A model generated the notes under the pieces. The model made no database searches, had not been told where the DNA came from, and saw only the letters and a program-made list of their open reading frames with translations. From positions 1 to 63,519 of the forward strand of contig JAZQAZ010000009.1 in the NCBI GenBank assembly GCA_045545475.1: 63,519 bases of DNA, in the 5' to 3' direction. The DNA comes from Clostridia bacterium. GTDB lineage: Bacteria > Bacillota > Clostridia > CAKSNL01 > HGM11501. Below, one piece after another: positions 9,052 to 18,452 of the stretch; the first letter of the stretch is position 1; every line of letters begins with the position of its first letter. A program made the translations under genes and the position numbers.

Positions 9052-9201
9052 TTATATTCATCCTTTCGGGATTATAATTTCTGAAATTATATTATATCAC
9101 GTTTTTTTTCTTATTGCAAGTATAATTTATACGGAATAAAGCTTGTGATACGTCAAGATTTTAATAAAAAAACGGATGAGGCTAAAGCCGCATCCGTTTT
9201 T

Positions 9202-9474
9202 TTACTGTACTGTTTCGGTATCTTCCATGGTGCCGTCTATTGTGTCATCTGGCATTTCGGCAGGTGTATCATCGGTGCCGTTTGTCATATCGTCTGCAAA
9301 ATCCTTTGTATCATCAATCATATCGTCTGCCATATCTTCGGTTTCGTCAATTATATCATTGGCACCGTTTTCGATGTCATCGCTCACCCCGGGACTGTTT
9401 CCGTCGGGCATACCGCAGGCTGCGATGATAAACAGAAGGGATACTGTCAGTAAAATAGAAATAAGTTTTTTCAA
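9202..9474 (-). CDS. Small acidic lipoprotein with Asp-rich low-complexity repeats
   Basis: TTG start after AAGGAGG; lipobox IAAC; own terminator at ~9166-9202. Confidence 0.7.
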   Translation of the reverse strand: MKKLISILLTVSLLFIIAACGMPDGNSPGVSDDIENGANDIIDETEDMADDMIDDTKDFADDMTNGTDDTPAEMPDDTIDGTMEDTETVQ

Positions 9475-9601
9475 AATAAAAACCTCCTTTCTTTCCATAG
9501 TATATTGTAGAAATATTTTTTTATTCATATTTGTTGACGAAAGGTAGAAAAATTGTTATAATAAAAAAATGTAAAAAGCAATGTATGGGAGATTTTTAAA
9601 A

Positions 9602-10666
9602 ATGTTTGAAAAATTGGCTTTTATTGAAGAACGCTATGAAGAGCTTACGAAAAGTATAAGTGATGTTTCCGTAATGGAGGATAGATCAGAGTGGAGCAAG
9701 CTTTGCAAGGAGCATGCCGACATGACTCCTATTGTGGAAAAATACAGAGAGTATAAAAAATACAAAGAATCCATTGAAGAAGCAAAGATGATTTTGGAAG
9801 ACTCTTCGGCAAAGGAACTGCATGAGCTTGCAAAGATGGAGCTTGATGAATGCCTTGATGCGGCATCGCTTTGTGAGGAAGAACTTAAAATATTGATGCT
9901 CCCGAAAGATCCCAATGACGATAAAAATGTAATTATGGAAATAAGAGGCGGAGCAGGCGGCGATGAAGCGGCACTTTTTGCGGCAAACCTTTTCAGAATG
10001 TATTCCATGTTTGCAGAATCCAGAAGATGGAAAATTGACGTAATGAATACCAACGAAACAGGACTTGGCGGAATAAAAGAAATTTCTTTTATGATAATAG
10101 GTCAGGGGGCATATAGTACTCTTAAGTACGAAAGCGGAGTTCACAGAGTGCAGAGAGTTCCGGACACCGAATCCCAGGGAAGAATCCACACTTCAACCGT
10201 AACCGTCGCGGTGCTTCCCGAGGTTGAAGAGGTGGAGGTTGAAATAAACCCCAATGATTTAAGAATTGACGTTTTCCGTGCGGGCGGCCCCGGCGGTCAG
10301 TGCGTTAATACGACAGACAGTGCGGTTCGTATCACTCACATCCCCACAGGACTTGTGGTAAGCTGTCAGGACGAAAAGAGCCAGCATAAAAACAAGGATA
10401 AGGGTATGAAAATTCTCCGTTCCCGTCTTTATGAGCTTATGCAGTCCCAGCAGCACGAAAAGGTGGCATCCGAGCGTAAGAGTCAGGTCGGAACAGGTGA
10501 CAGAAGTGAGAGAATAAGAACCTATAACTTCCCCCAGGGAAGAGTGTCGGACCACAGAATCGGTCTTACCCTTCACAAAATTGATGCCATTATGAACGGC
10601 GATTTAGACGAACTTATTTCAGCACTTACCCTTCACTATCAAAGCGAAAAATTAAAAGAGCAATAA
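9602..10666 (+). CDS. prfA: Peptide chain release factor 1
   Basis: [17 protein letters not shown] (PxT), [13 protein letters not shown]. Confidence 0.97.
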   Translation: MFEKLAFIEERYEELTKSISDVSVMEDRSEWSKLCKEHADMTPIVEKYREYKKYKESIEEAKMILEDSSAKELHELAKMELDECLDAASLCEEELKILMLPKDPNDDKNVIMEIRGGAGGDEAALFAANLFRMYSMFAESRRWKIDVMNTNETGLGGIKEISFMIIGQGAYSTLKYESGVHRVQRVPDTESQGRIHTSTVTVAVLPEVEEVEVEINPNDLRIDVFRAGGPGGQCVNTTDSAVRITHIPTGLVVSCQDEKSQHKNKDKGMKILRSRLYELMQSQQHEKVASERKSQVGTGDRSERIRTYNFPQGRVSDHRIGLTLHKIDAIMNGDLDELISALTLHYQSEKLKEQ

Positions 10667-10680
10667 AATAAAAATAGGTA

Positions 10681-10709
10681 TTGACTTTTTCACTTTAGTG
10701 TGCTAAAAT
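10681..10709 (+). promoter_or_regulatory. Sigma-A promoter of the T-box leader
   Basis: TTGACT-17 bp-TAAAAT with extended TG. Confidence 0.7.
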
Positions 10710-10734
10710 GCCTGTAAGCATAAATGGGTATGCT

Positions 10735-11017
10735 AAAGGCTGTGAACGGAAGCAAGTAGGTTTTCCTTAGGAGTCAAGAGAAGCGGCGGTTGGTGCAAGC
10801 CGTAATCTGAAGGTTTACTGAATACGGTCCGGGAGCTTCGGGGAAGAAGTAAGTAAGCCCCGACGGGTTTCGCCCGTCAAAGCGAGTGAGTAGCACGGAA
10901 GTACGGTTTTTTTGTTTTACTCAATGAGGCAGGTTGCCGTGAGGTGCCTGTAAACTGAGGTGGTATCGCGGATTATTATGTCCGTCCTCTGGTTATTTTC
11001 CGGGGGACGGATTTTTT
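10735..11017 (+). promoter_or_regulatory. T-box riboswitch, probable Tyr specifier (UAC)
   Basis: Stem I with GA motif, AGTA/GAA S-turn, AGAGA box and GGTG distal loop; TAC at 10823-10825; T-box AACTGAGGTGGTATCGCG at 10953-10970; terminator at 10981-11017. Confidence 0.9.
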
Positions 11018-11069
11018 ATTGCCGGCTGTCCTCTGGAAGAAAAAAATGTATTATGGAAGGATGGTTAAA

Positions 11070-12623
11070 ATGGCAGTAAAAATTATTATGTTGGTGGTAT
11101 TCTTCGCGGTTATGATAGGTGTCGGAGTATACTGCAGAAAAAGTGCGACAAATGTATCAGGCTTCGTTTTGGGCGGAAGAAATGTAGGTCCCTGGCTTAC
11201 GGCTTTTGCTTACGGTACATCTTATTTCTCAGCGGTTATTTTCGTAGGCTATGCAGGTCAGTTCGGTTGGAAGTTCGGTGTAGCTTCAACCTGGATTGGT
11301 CTCGGTAATGCCTTTATCGGTTCTCTTCTTGCATGGATTATCCTGGGAAGAAGAACACGTCTTCAGACTCAGCATCTCGGAACGGCCACAATGCCTGAAT
11401 ATTTCGGTAAGCGTTTTGAGAGCAACTCTTTGAAAATAGTTGCTTCGGCAATTGTTTTCATATTCTTAATTCCTTATACAGCATCACTTTACAACGGTCT
11501 TTCAAGACTCTTTGAAATGGCATTCCCCGGTGTATCCTACAACGTATGCGTTATTATAATGGCGGTACTTACGGGTATCTACGTTATCGCAGGCGGATAT
11601 ATGGCAACAGCAATCAACGACTTTATCCAGGGCATCATAATGATCGGCGGAATCATAGCGGTTATCGGTGCCGTACTGGGCAGCCACGGCGGATTCGTTG
11701 CATCGCTTACAGAGCTTGCCGAGGTTGAATGCGTAAATGTCAATGGTGACGTACTTCCCGGCGGATTTGCTTCATTCTTCGGCCCCGATCCCTTCGGACT
11801 TTTATGTGTTGTAATTTTAACTTCCCTTGGTACCTGGGGTCTTCCTCAGATGGTTCAGAAGTTTTATGCGATAAAGAGCGAAAACAATATTTCCAAGGGT
11901 ACAATAATTTCCACAATATTTGCAATTATCGTTGCAGGCGGATGCTACTTCTTGGGCGGCTTCGGAAGAATTTCCGGTATCGAAGCAGAAGCAGGAACAC
12001 CTGTTGGCGGATTTGATGCCGTTGTTCCCAAAATGCTTGAAAATCTTCCCGACATTTTAATCGGTGTTGTAATCGTTTTGGTTCTTTCAGCATCCATGTC
12101 AACTCTTTCAAGCCTTGTTTTAACATCAAGCTCGACCCTTACTCTTGATATGATAAAGGGACACATCGTTAAGAATATGTCTGAGAAAAAGCAGGTATTC
12201 ATTATGCGAATCTTCATCGTTGTGTTTATCGCAGTATCTGCATTCATTGCAATCAATAAGGATAAGCTTGGCTACATAGCAGATATGATGGGTATTTCCT
12301 GGGGTGCACTGGCAGGTGCGTTCCTTGCTCCCTTCTTATACGGCTTATACGGCAAGTGGGTTACAAAAGCATCTGTATGGGCAAGCTTTGCATTCGGCTC
12401 TCTTTTAATGATAGCAAATATGCTCTTCAGAGGAAGCTTCCCTGCTGTTTTACAGTCTCCCATCAACTGCGGTGCGGTTGCAATGATCGGCGGACTTATC
12501 ATAGTTCCAATTGTCAGCCTTTTAACTCCCAAAATGAAGAAGGAAAAGGTTGATCCTATGTTCACCTGCTACGACAGAAAGGTGCTTGTTAAGGCAACAG
12601 ATGCCCTTGGCGAAGAAGAATAA
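11070..12623 (+). CDS. Sodium:solute symporter (SSS) family transporter
   Basis: About 13 TM segments; FVLGGR, YVIAGG, SASMSTLSS motifs. Confidence 0.92.
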   Translation: MAVKIIMLVVFFAVMIGVGVYCRKSATNVSGFVLGGRNVGPWLTAFAYGTSYFSAVIFVGYAGQFGWKFGVASTWIGLGNAFIGSLLAWIILGRRTRLQTQHLGTATMPEYFGKRFESNSLKIVASAIVFIFLIPYTASLYNGLSRLFEMAFPGVSYNVCVIIMAVLTGIYVIAGGYMATAINDFIQGIIMIGGIIAVIGAVLGSHGGFVASLTELAEVECVNVNGDVLPGGFASFFGPDPFGLLCVVILTSLGTWGLPQMVQKFYAIKSENNISKGTIISTIFAIIVAGGCYFLGGFGRISGIEAEAGTPVGGFDAVVPKMLENLPDILIGVVIVLVLSASMSTLSSLVLTSSSTLTLDMIKGHIVKNMSEKKQVFIMRIFIVVFIAVSAFIAINKDKLGYIADMMGISWGALAGAFLAPFLYGLYGKWVTKASVWASFAFGSLLMIANMLFRGSFPAVLQSPINCGAVAMIGGLIIVPIVSLLTPKMKKEKVDPMFTCYDRKVLVKATDALGEEE

Positions 12624-12722
12624 AATTAAAGCATACGGCCTTGCCGTATGCATACCAATCGGGAACGGCCTTCCCGATTGGTATGCATTAGCAAATTACC
12701 CTTTTGAAAGGAAGGTAAAAAT

Positions 12723-14357
12723 ATGCCTATTACAGATTTTCTTGAAAAAAATGCGAGACTTCATCCGAATGAAATTGCCCTGGTTGAAGTAAATCCCGCA
12801 AATCAGCCGGATAAAAACTTATCCTGGCACGAATATAGCCTTATCGAGGCCACGGCAGGGGAGAAATACCGCCGTGAAATAACCTGGAAGGAGTTTGACG
12901 TTGCGGCAAACCGCTTTGCAAACCTTCTTCTTACAAGAGGTGTTAAAAAGGGAGACAAGGTTGCAATTTTAATGATGAACTGCATCGACTGGCTTCCCAT
13001 CTATTTCGGAATACTGAAATCCGGTGCCATTGCGGTTCCCATGAACTTCCGTTTCTCTGCAGAGGAAATTGAGTATTGCTCGGATTTGGCAGACGTTTCT
13101 GTTCTGGTTTTCGGTCCCGAATTTACGGAGAGACTTAATTTGGTTCTTCCGAAACTTGAAATTAAGCACTATTTCTTTGTAGGTGACGATAAGCCTGATT
13201 TTGCGGACAGCTATGAAGATATGATTGGCTACTGCTCATCCGGCGCTCCTGCCATTGAAATTGATGATGAGGACGACGGTGCAATTTACTTCTCCTCAGG
13301 TACAACAGGCTTCCCCAAAGCTATTTTGCACAGACATAAGGCTCTTGTTACATCCTGTCAGGTGGAACAGAAGCATCACTCCCAGGGAAGAGAGGACGTG
13401 TTCTTATGCATTCCTCCTCTTTACCATACAGGTGCAAAGATGCACTGGTTCGGTTCGCTTTTATCCGGAAGCAAGGCTGTTATCTTAAAGGGTATCAAGC
13501 CTGAGTGGATTCTCCAGACGGTATCTGACGAAAAGGCAACAATTGTATGGCTTCTTGTTCCGTGGGCACAGGATATATTGGATGCAATTGAGCGTGGCGA
13601 GATTAATCTTTCCGATTATAACCTTTCTCAGTGGAGACTTATGCACATCGGAGCACAGCCCGTTCCGCCTTCACTTATAAAGAGATGGAAGGAAGTATTC
13701 CCGAATCACGAGTATGACACAAACTACGGTCTTTCCGAGTCCATCGGTCCCGGTGCCGTTCACCTTGGAGTTGAAAATATACATAAGGTTGGTGCAATCG
13801 GTGTTCCCGGATACAAGTGGGAAGTTAAGATTATCACAGATGAAGGCAACGAAGCGAAGCAGGGTGAGGTTGGCGAACTTTGCTTGAAGGGCGACGGCGT
13901 AATGAAGTGCTATTACAAGAATCCTGAGGCTACAAGAGAAGTCTTGACACCTGACGGATGGCTCTATACAGGAGATATGGCAAAGCAGGACGAAGACGGC
14001 TTTATCTATCTTGTTGACCGTAAGAAGGATGTTATCATAACAGGCGGTGAAAATATTTATCCCGTGCAGATTGAGGACTTCCTTCGTGCAAATGATAAGG
14101 TAAGCGACGTGGGCGTAATCGGTCTTCCTGATGAGAGACTTGGCGAAATTACGGCAGCAATTATTCAGCTTAAGGAAGGTGTAACAGCGACAGTGGAGGA
14201 AATGGATGAATACTGCACTGCTCTTCCCAGATACAAGAGACCTAAGAAAATTATATTTGCCGAAATTCCCAGAAATGCAACAGGTAAAATTCAGAAAAAT
14301 GCTCTTCGTGAGCGTTACGGGGCATCCCGTCTTGTTGAGGCAGAAACAACAAAATAA
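12723..14357 (+). CDS. AMP-dependent acyl/aryl-CoA synthetase
   Basis: FSSGTTGFPK, YGLSE, TGD, DRKKD, GGENIYP, TGKIQK. Confidence 0.92.
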   Translation: MPITDFLEKNARLHPNEIALVEVNPANQPDKNLSWHEYSLIEATAGEKYRREITWKEFDVAANRFANLLLTRGVKKGDKVAILMMNCIDWLPIYFGILKSGAIAVPMNFRFSAEEIEYCSDLADVSVLVFGPEFTERLNLVLPKLEIKHYFFVGDDKPDFADSYEDMIGYCSSGAPAIEIDDEDDGAIYFSSGTTGFPKAILHRHKALVTSCQVEQKHHSQGREDVFLCIPPLYHTGAKMHWFGSLLSGSKAVILKGIKPEWILQTVSDEKATIVWLLVPWAQDILDAIERGEINLSDYNLSQWRLMHIGAQPVPPSLIKRWKEVFPNHEYDTNYGLSESIGPGAVHLGVENIHKVGAIGVPGYKWEVKIITDEGNEAKQGEVGELCLKGDGVMKCYYKNPEATREVLTPDGWLYTGDMAKQDEDGFIYLVDRKKDVIITGGENIYPVQIEDFLRANDKVSDVGVIGLPDERLGEITAAIIQLKEGVTATVEEMDEYCTALPRYKRPKKIIFAEIPRNATGKIQKNALRERYGASRLVEAETTK

Positions 14358-14363
14358 GATTTA

Positions 14364-14391
14364 AGAGCCGCCAGATGGCGGCTCTGTTTTT
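14364..14391 (+). terminator. Intrinsic terminator
   Basis: AGAGCCGCC/GGCGGCTCT plus T tract. Confidence 0.7.
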
Positions 14392-14461
14392 GTGTTTCTT
14401 CTTGACAATTTTGCATATATTGGTATAATAAGGATATATTTGTTTTAAAGGGGAATATCAG

Positions 14462-15394
14462 ATGATTCATGACAACATACTTTCGGCATTGGGTAATACC
14501 CCGATGATACGTCTTAATAAAATGGGCAGGGAAAAAAGTGCCGAAATTTTAGTTAAATTTGAAGGTCTTAATGTGGGCGGGTCCATAAAAACAAGAACTG
14601 CATACAATATGATCCGTGTGGCAAGAGAAAAGGGAATAATAAACGAAAATACAGTAATTGTGGAGCCTACCAGCGGAAATCAGGGGATAGGTCTTGCTCT
14701 TGTGGGTGCGGTTATGGGATATAAGACAAAAATCATTATGCCCGATTCCGTTTCCGAGGAGAGAAGAAAATTAGTTCGTCATTACGGTGCAGAAGTAATT
14801 CTGATACATGATGACGGAAACATCGGCGAATGTATCGATAACTGCTTAAAGACTGCACTTAAAATGGCCTCTGAGGATAAAAACGTATATGTTCCTCAGC
14901 AGTTTGAAAACGAAGCAAATACCCAGGCACAGAGAAATTACACCGCAAGGGAAATTTTAGAAGAGGTGGGCCGTCCTATTCACGGCTTTTGCTCCGGAAT
15001 CGGCACAGGCGGAACAATAACCGGTATCGGAGAAGTGTTAAAAGAAGAAAACCCCGATATTGAAATATGGGCGGTTGAGCCTGAAAACGCTGCAATCCTG
15101 GCCGGCGGAAATATCGGCACTCACCTTCAGATGGGAATAGGTGACGGAATAATTCCTGCCATATTAAACAACAAAATCTATTCCGATATATGCATAATTT
15201 CAGATGAAGAGGCAATTAAAACAGCCAAAGACCTGGCAAGAATGGAAGGAATTATGTGCGGAATATCCGGTGGTACCAACGTGGCTGCGGCAATAAAGCT
15301 TGCCCAAAAGCTAGGTGAAGGAAAAACCGTTGTAACGGTGCTTCCCGATACAGCAGAACGCTATTTTTCAACACCTCTTTTTGAAAATGAATAA
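14462..15394 (+). CDS. Cysteine synthase family PLP enzyme (divergent CysK-like)
   Basis: GNTPMI, GGSIKTR (PLP Lys), PTSGNQG, GTGGT, QMGIG, PDTAERY. Confidence 0.85.
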   Translation: MIHDNILSALGNTPMIRLNKMGREKSAEILVKFEGLNVGGSIKTRTAYNMIRVAREKGIINENTVIVEPTSGNQGIGLALVGAVMGYKTKIIMPDSVSEERRKLVRHYGAEVILIHDDGNIGECIDNCLKTALKMASEDKNVYVPQQFENEANTQAQRNYTAREILEEVGRPIHGFCSGIGTGGTITGIGEVLKEENPDIEIWAVEPENAAILAGGNIGTHLQMGIGDGIIPAILNNKIYSDICIISDEEAIKTAKDLARMEGIMCGISGGTNVAAAIKLAQKLGEGKTVVTVLPDTAERYFSTPLFENE

Positions 15395-15584
15395 TGTTTT
15401 ATCCGTAAGAGAAAGTTCTCTTACGGATTTTTTATTGGTGAAAATTGACAAAAAATGAAAGGTGGATTTGGTTAATTTGTTTTCAAATTGATATTGCTTT
15501 TTTCATTAGGATTTGATAAATTATAATATAGAATCCGGAAAGTATGGTTTTCGGATAAATAAAAAAATAACGGAGGAAAAAACA

Positions 15585-16784
15585 ATGAAAAAGTTACTCG
15601 CACTCATGTTGGCACTTGCAACACTTTTCTGCTTCGCAGCTTGCGGCGGCACTGAAGAAGTTGCAGAAAACACAGATGCAGAAGGCATCAAGGTTGGTTT
15701 CATCTTCTTACACGATGAAAACTCCACATACGACAAGAACTTCTTAGACGCAGCTATGGCAGCTAAGGAAGCTCTCGGTCTTACAGATGAGCAGGTTATC
15801 GTAAAGGTAAACATTCCTGAAGGTAACGAATGCTACGAAGCAGCTGCAGAATTAGTTGATGCAGGTTGTGACGTAATCTTCGCTGACAGCTTTGGCCATG
15901 AAGACTTCATGATCCAGGCAGCTAAGGAATTTACTGACGTTATATTCTGCCACGCTACAGGTACAAAGGCTCACACAGAAAACCTTCCCAACTTCTACAA
16001 TGCGTTCGCTTCTATCTATGAAGGACGTTACCTTGTAGGTGTTGCAGCAGGTCTTAAGCTCAACGAAATGATCGAAAACGGCGAAATCACAGCTGAACAG
16101 GCTAAGATCGGTTATGTTGGTGCTTTCCCCTATGCAGAAGTTAAGTCCGGTTACACATCCTTCTTCCTCGGTGCACGTTCTGTTTGCCCCGAAGCTACAA
16201 TGGATGTCAAGTTCACAAACTCCTGGTTTGACATCGCTCTTGAAAAGGAAGCTGCTAACGCATTAATCGCTGATGGTTGCGTACTTATCAGCCAGCATGC
16301 TGACTCTGAGGGTGCTCCCAAGGCTTGTGAAGAAGCAGGTGTTCCCGATGTTGCTTACAACTTAGACACAAGAGAATGGGGCCCCAACACAGCACTTGTA
16401 TCTTCCAAGATCAACTGGCAGCCCTACTTTGAACACATGATCACATCTGTTCAGAACGGTACTCCCATCACTCAGGACTTCTGCGGTGGCCTTGAAGAAG
16501 GCGTTGTTATGACTCTTGGTCTTAACGAAACAGTTGCAGCAGAAGGCACAGCAGAAAAGATGGAAGAAGTAAAAGCTGCTTTAATCGCAGGCGAAATCAA
16601 CGTATTCGATACAGCTAACTTCACAGTTGGCGGAGAAGCTGTTACAAGCTACATGGCTGACGTTGACTCTGACGCTGCATTCACAGGTGACACAGAAGTT
16701 ATCATCGACGGTGTATTCGCAGAATCTTCTTTCAGATCTGCTCCTTACTTCGATCTTGATATCGACGGTATCACAATTAAATAA
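15585..16784 (+). CDS. BMP family ABC substrate-binding lipoprotein (nucleoside-type)
   Basis: Lipobox FAAC; BMP-like SFG, YEGRYLVG, W.D...EKEAA motifs; GGAGG RBS. Confidence 0.88.
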   Translation: MKKLLALMLALATLFCFAACGGTEEVAENTDAEGIKVGFIFLHDENSTYDKNFLDAAMAAKEALGLTDEQVIVKVNIPEGNECYEAAAELVDAGCDVIFADSFGHEDFMIQAAKEFTDVIFCHATGTKAHTENLPNFYNAFASIYEGRYLVGVAAGLKLNEMIENGEITAEQAKIGYVGAFPYAEVKSGYTSFFLGARSVCPEATMDVKFTNSWFDIALEKEAANALIADGCVLISQHADSEGAPKACEEAGVPDVAYNLDTREWGPNTALVSSKINWQPYFEHMITSVQNGTPITQDFCGGLEEGVVMTLGLNETVAAEGTAEKMEEVKAALIAGEINVFDTANFTVGGEAVTSYMADVDSDAAFTGDTEVIIDGVFAESSFRSAPYFDLDIDGITIK

Positions 16785-16802
16785 GTTATTGCTTATTAAC
16801 AG

Positions 16803-16835
16803 TAAGAGCAAGGGAAACCTTGCTCTTATTTTTTT
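16803..16835 (+). terminator. Intrinsic terminator after the BMP gene
   Basis: TAAGAGCAAGG gaaa CCTTGCTCTTA plus T7. Confidence 0.8.
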
Positions 16836-16846
16836 GTCAATAAATG

Positions 16847-16875
16847 TTGACGGAAAAGTTAAAATCTGCTATAAT
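16847..16875 (+). promoter_or_regulatory. Sigma-A promoter for the ATPase/permease genes
   Basis: TTGACG-17 bp-TATAAT with extended TG. Confidence 0.7.
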
Positions 16876-16916
16876 GTATGCTATATAAGTGTGTATTAAT
16901 GCGGAGGAGTGATGAA

Positions 16917-18452
16917 ATGAGCAAGGCTGCAATAGAACTTAAAAACATAACAAAAACCTTCGGAAGCGTAGTGGCAAATAAAAATGTAAATCTCACCGTA
17001 AACAAAGGGGAAATACTTTCTATTCTGGGCGAAAACGGAAGCGGAAAAACTACCCTTATGAACATGATTTCGGGGATTTATTCCCCCGACGAGGGTGAGA
17101 TTTTTATTGATGGGATGCCTGCGGTGATTTCCTCGCCGAGAGATGCTTTTGACTACAAAATCGGAATGATTCATCAGCACTTTAAATTGGTCGAAGTGTT
17201 TGATGCAGCGGAAAACATCATTTTAGGCCTGGAGGACGAAGGAAAGTTTGACAAAAAGGCATATATTGGCAAAATAAATGAAATCAACAATCAGTACGGT
17301 TTTGGTATGGATCCCTTAAAGAAAATTTATGAAATGTCCGTATCTGAAAAACAGACTGTTGAAATCATAAAAGTTTTATTCCGTGGTGCCGATATTCTTA
17401 TCCTGGACGAGCCCACGGCGGTTTTAACCCCTCAGGAAACGGAGAAACTTTTTGATGTTTTAAGAGAGATGCGTGATGACGGCAAGGCGATTATTATTAT
17501 AACCCACAAGCTTAATGAGGTTATGGAAATTTCAAATCGTGTAGCGGTACTCCGTAAGGGGGAGTACATAGGAACTGTTGAAACCAAGGATACATCAGAA
17601 ACAGAGCTTACGGAAATGATGGTTGGTAAAAAGATAAGCCTTAATATTGAAAGAAAAGAACCTGAAGGAGTTACCGAGCGTCTCGTGGTAAAAAATATCA
17701 ACTGCAAGAGCCGTGAGGGAGTAAAGCTTCTTGAAGACATTTCCTTTACTGCAAATTCTGGTGAAATTTTAGGTATTGCAGGTATTGCGGGAAGCGGACA
17801 GAGAGAGCTACTGGAGGCTATAGCAGGTCTTCAGCATATGGAAACAGGAGATATTTTATATAATGATCCGAAAACAGGTGCAGTTGAAGATTTAAAAGAT
17901 AAAACTCCAGTAGAGATAAGAGAAATGGGAGTAAGGCTTTCCTTTGTTCCTGAAGACAGACTGGGCATGGGCCTGGTTGGCAATATGGATATTGTGGATA
18001 ACGTAATGCTAAGAAGTTACAAAAAGGGTAAGAGCGTTTTCCTTGAGAGGAAGGCACCCAAGGACCTGGCGGAAAAAATTATCGACCAGCTTGAGGTAGC
18101 AACTCCGGATGCCAACACTCCGGTAAGAAAATTATCCGGCGGTAACGTACAGAAGGTTCTTGTTGGCCGTGAGATAGCATCAAGCCCCACTGTTTTAATG
18201 GTCGCATATCCCGTAAGAGGTCTTGATATAAACTCCTCATACACAATATACAATCTTTTAAACGAGCAGAAAGAAAAGGGCGTTGCGGTTATATATGTAG
18301 GTGAAGATCTGGATGTTCTTTTAGAGCTTTGTGACAGAATATTGGTTTTGTGCGGCGGAAAGATAAGCGGAATTGTTGATGCAAGAACGACGACGAAAGA
18401 AGAAGTCGGTCTTTTGATGACAAGGCTTAACGGAGGTGAAGGTAATGAGTAA
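16917..18452 (+). CDS. ABC transporter ATP-binding protein (CUT2/nucleoside type, two NBDs)
   Basis: GENGSGKTT, LILDEPT, LSGGNVQK. Confidence 0.93.
   Translation: MSKAAIELKNITKTFGSVVANKNVNLTVNKGEILSILGENGSGKTTLMNMISGIYSPDEGEIFIDGMPAVISSPRDAFDYKIGMIHQHFKLVEVFDAAENIILGLEDEGKFDKKAYIGKINEINNQYGFGMDPLKKIYEMSVSEKQTVEIIKVLFRGADILILDEPTAVLTPQETEKLFDVLREMRDDGKAIIIITHKLNEVMEISNRVAVLRKGEYIGTVETKDTSETELTEMMVGKKISLNIERKEPEGVTERLVVKNINCKSREGVKLLEDISFTANSGEILGIAGIAGSGQRELLEAIAGLQHMETGDILYNDPKTGAVEDLKDKTPVEIREMGVRLSFVPEDRLGMGLVGNMDIVDNVMLRSYKKGKSVFLERKAPKDLAEKIIDQLEVATPDANTPVRKLSGGNVQKVLVGREIASSPTVLMVAYPVRGLDINSSYTIYNLLNEQKEKGVAVIYVGEDLDVLLELCDRILVLCGGKISGIVDARTTTKEEVGLLMTRLNGGEGNE

Noticed and set aside
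9052-9165. T-box upstream of tyrS
   Set aside because: The region is too short and AT-rich and has no GGTGGNACC motif.
15522-15560. Purine riboswitch upstream of the BMP gene
   Set aside because: A hairpin with a GTATGG loop resembles P2/L2, but the GUUUCUACC junction, P3 and an expression platform are absent.
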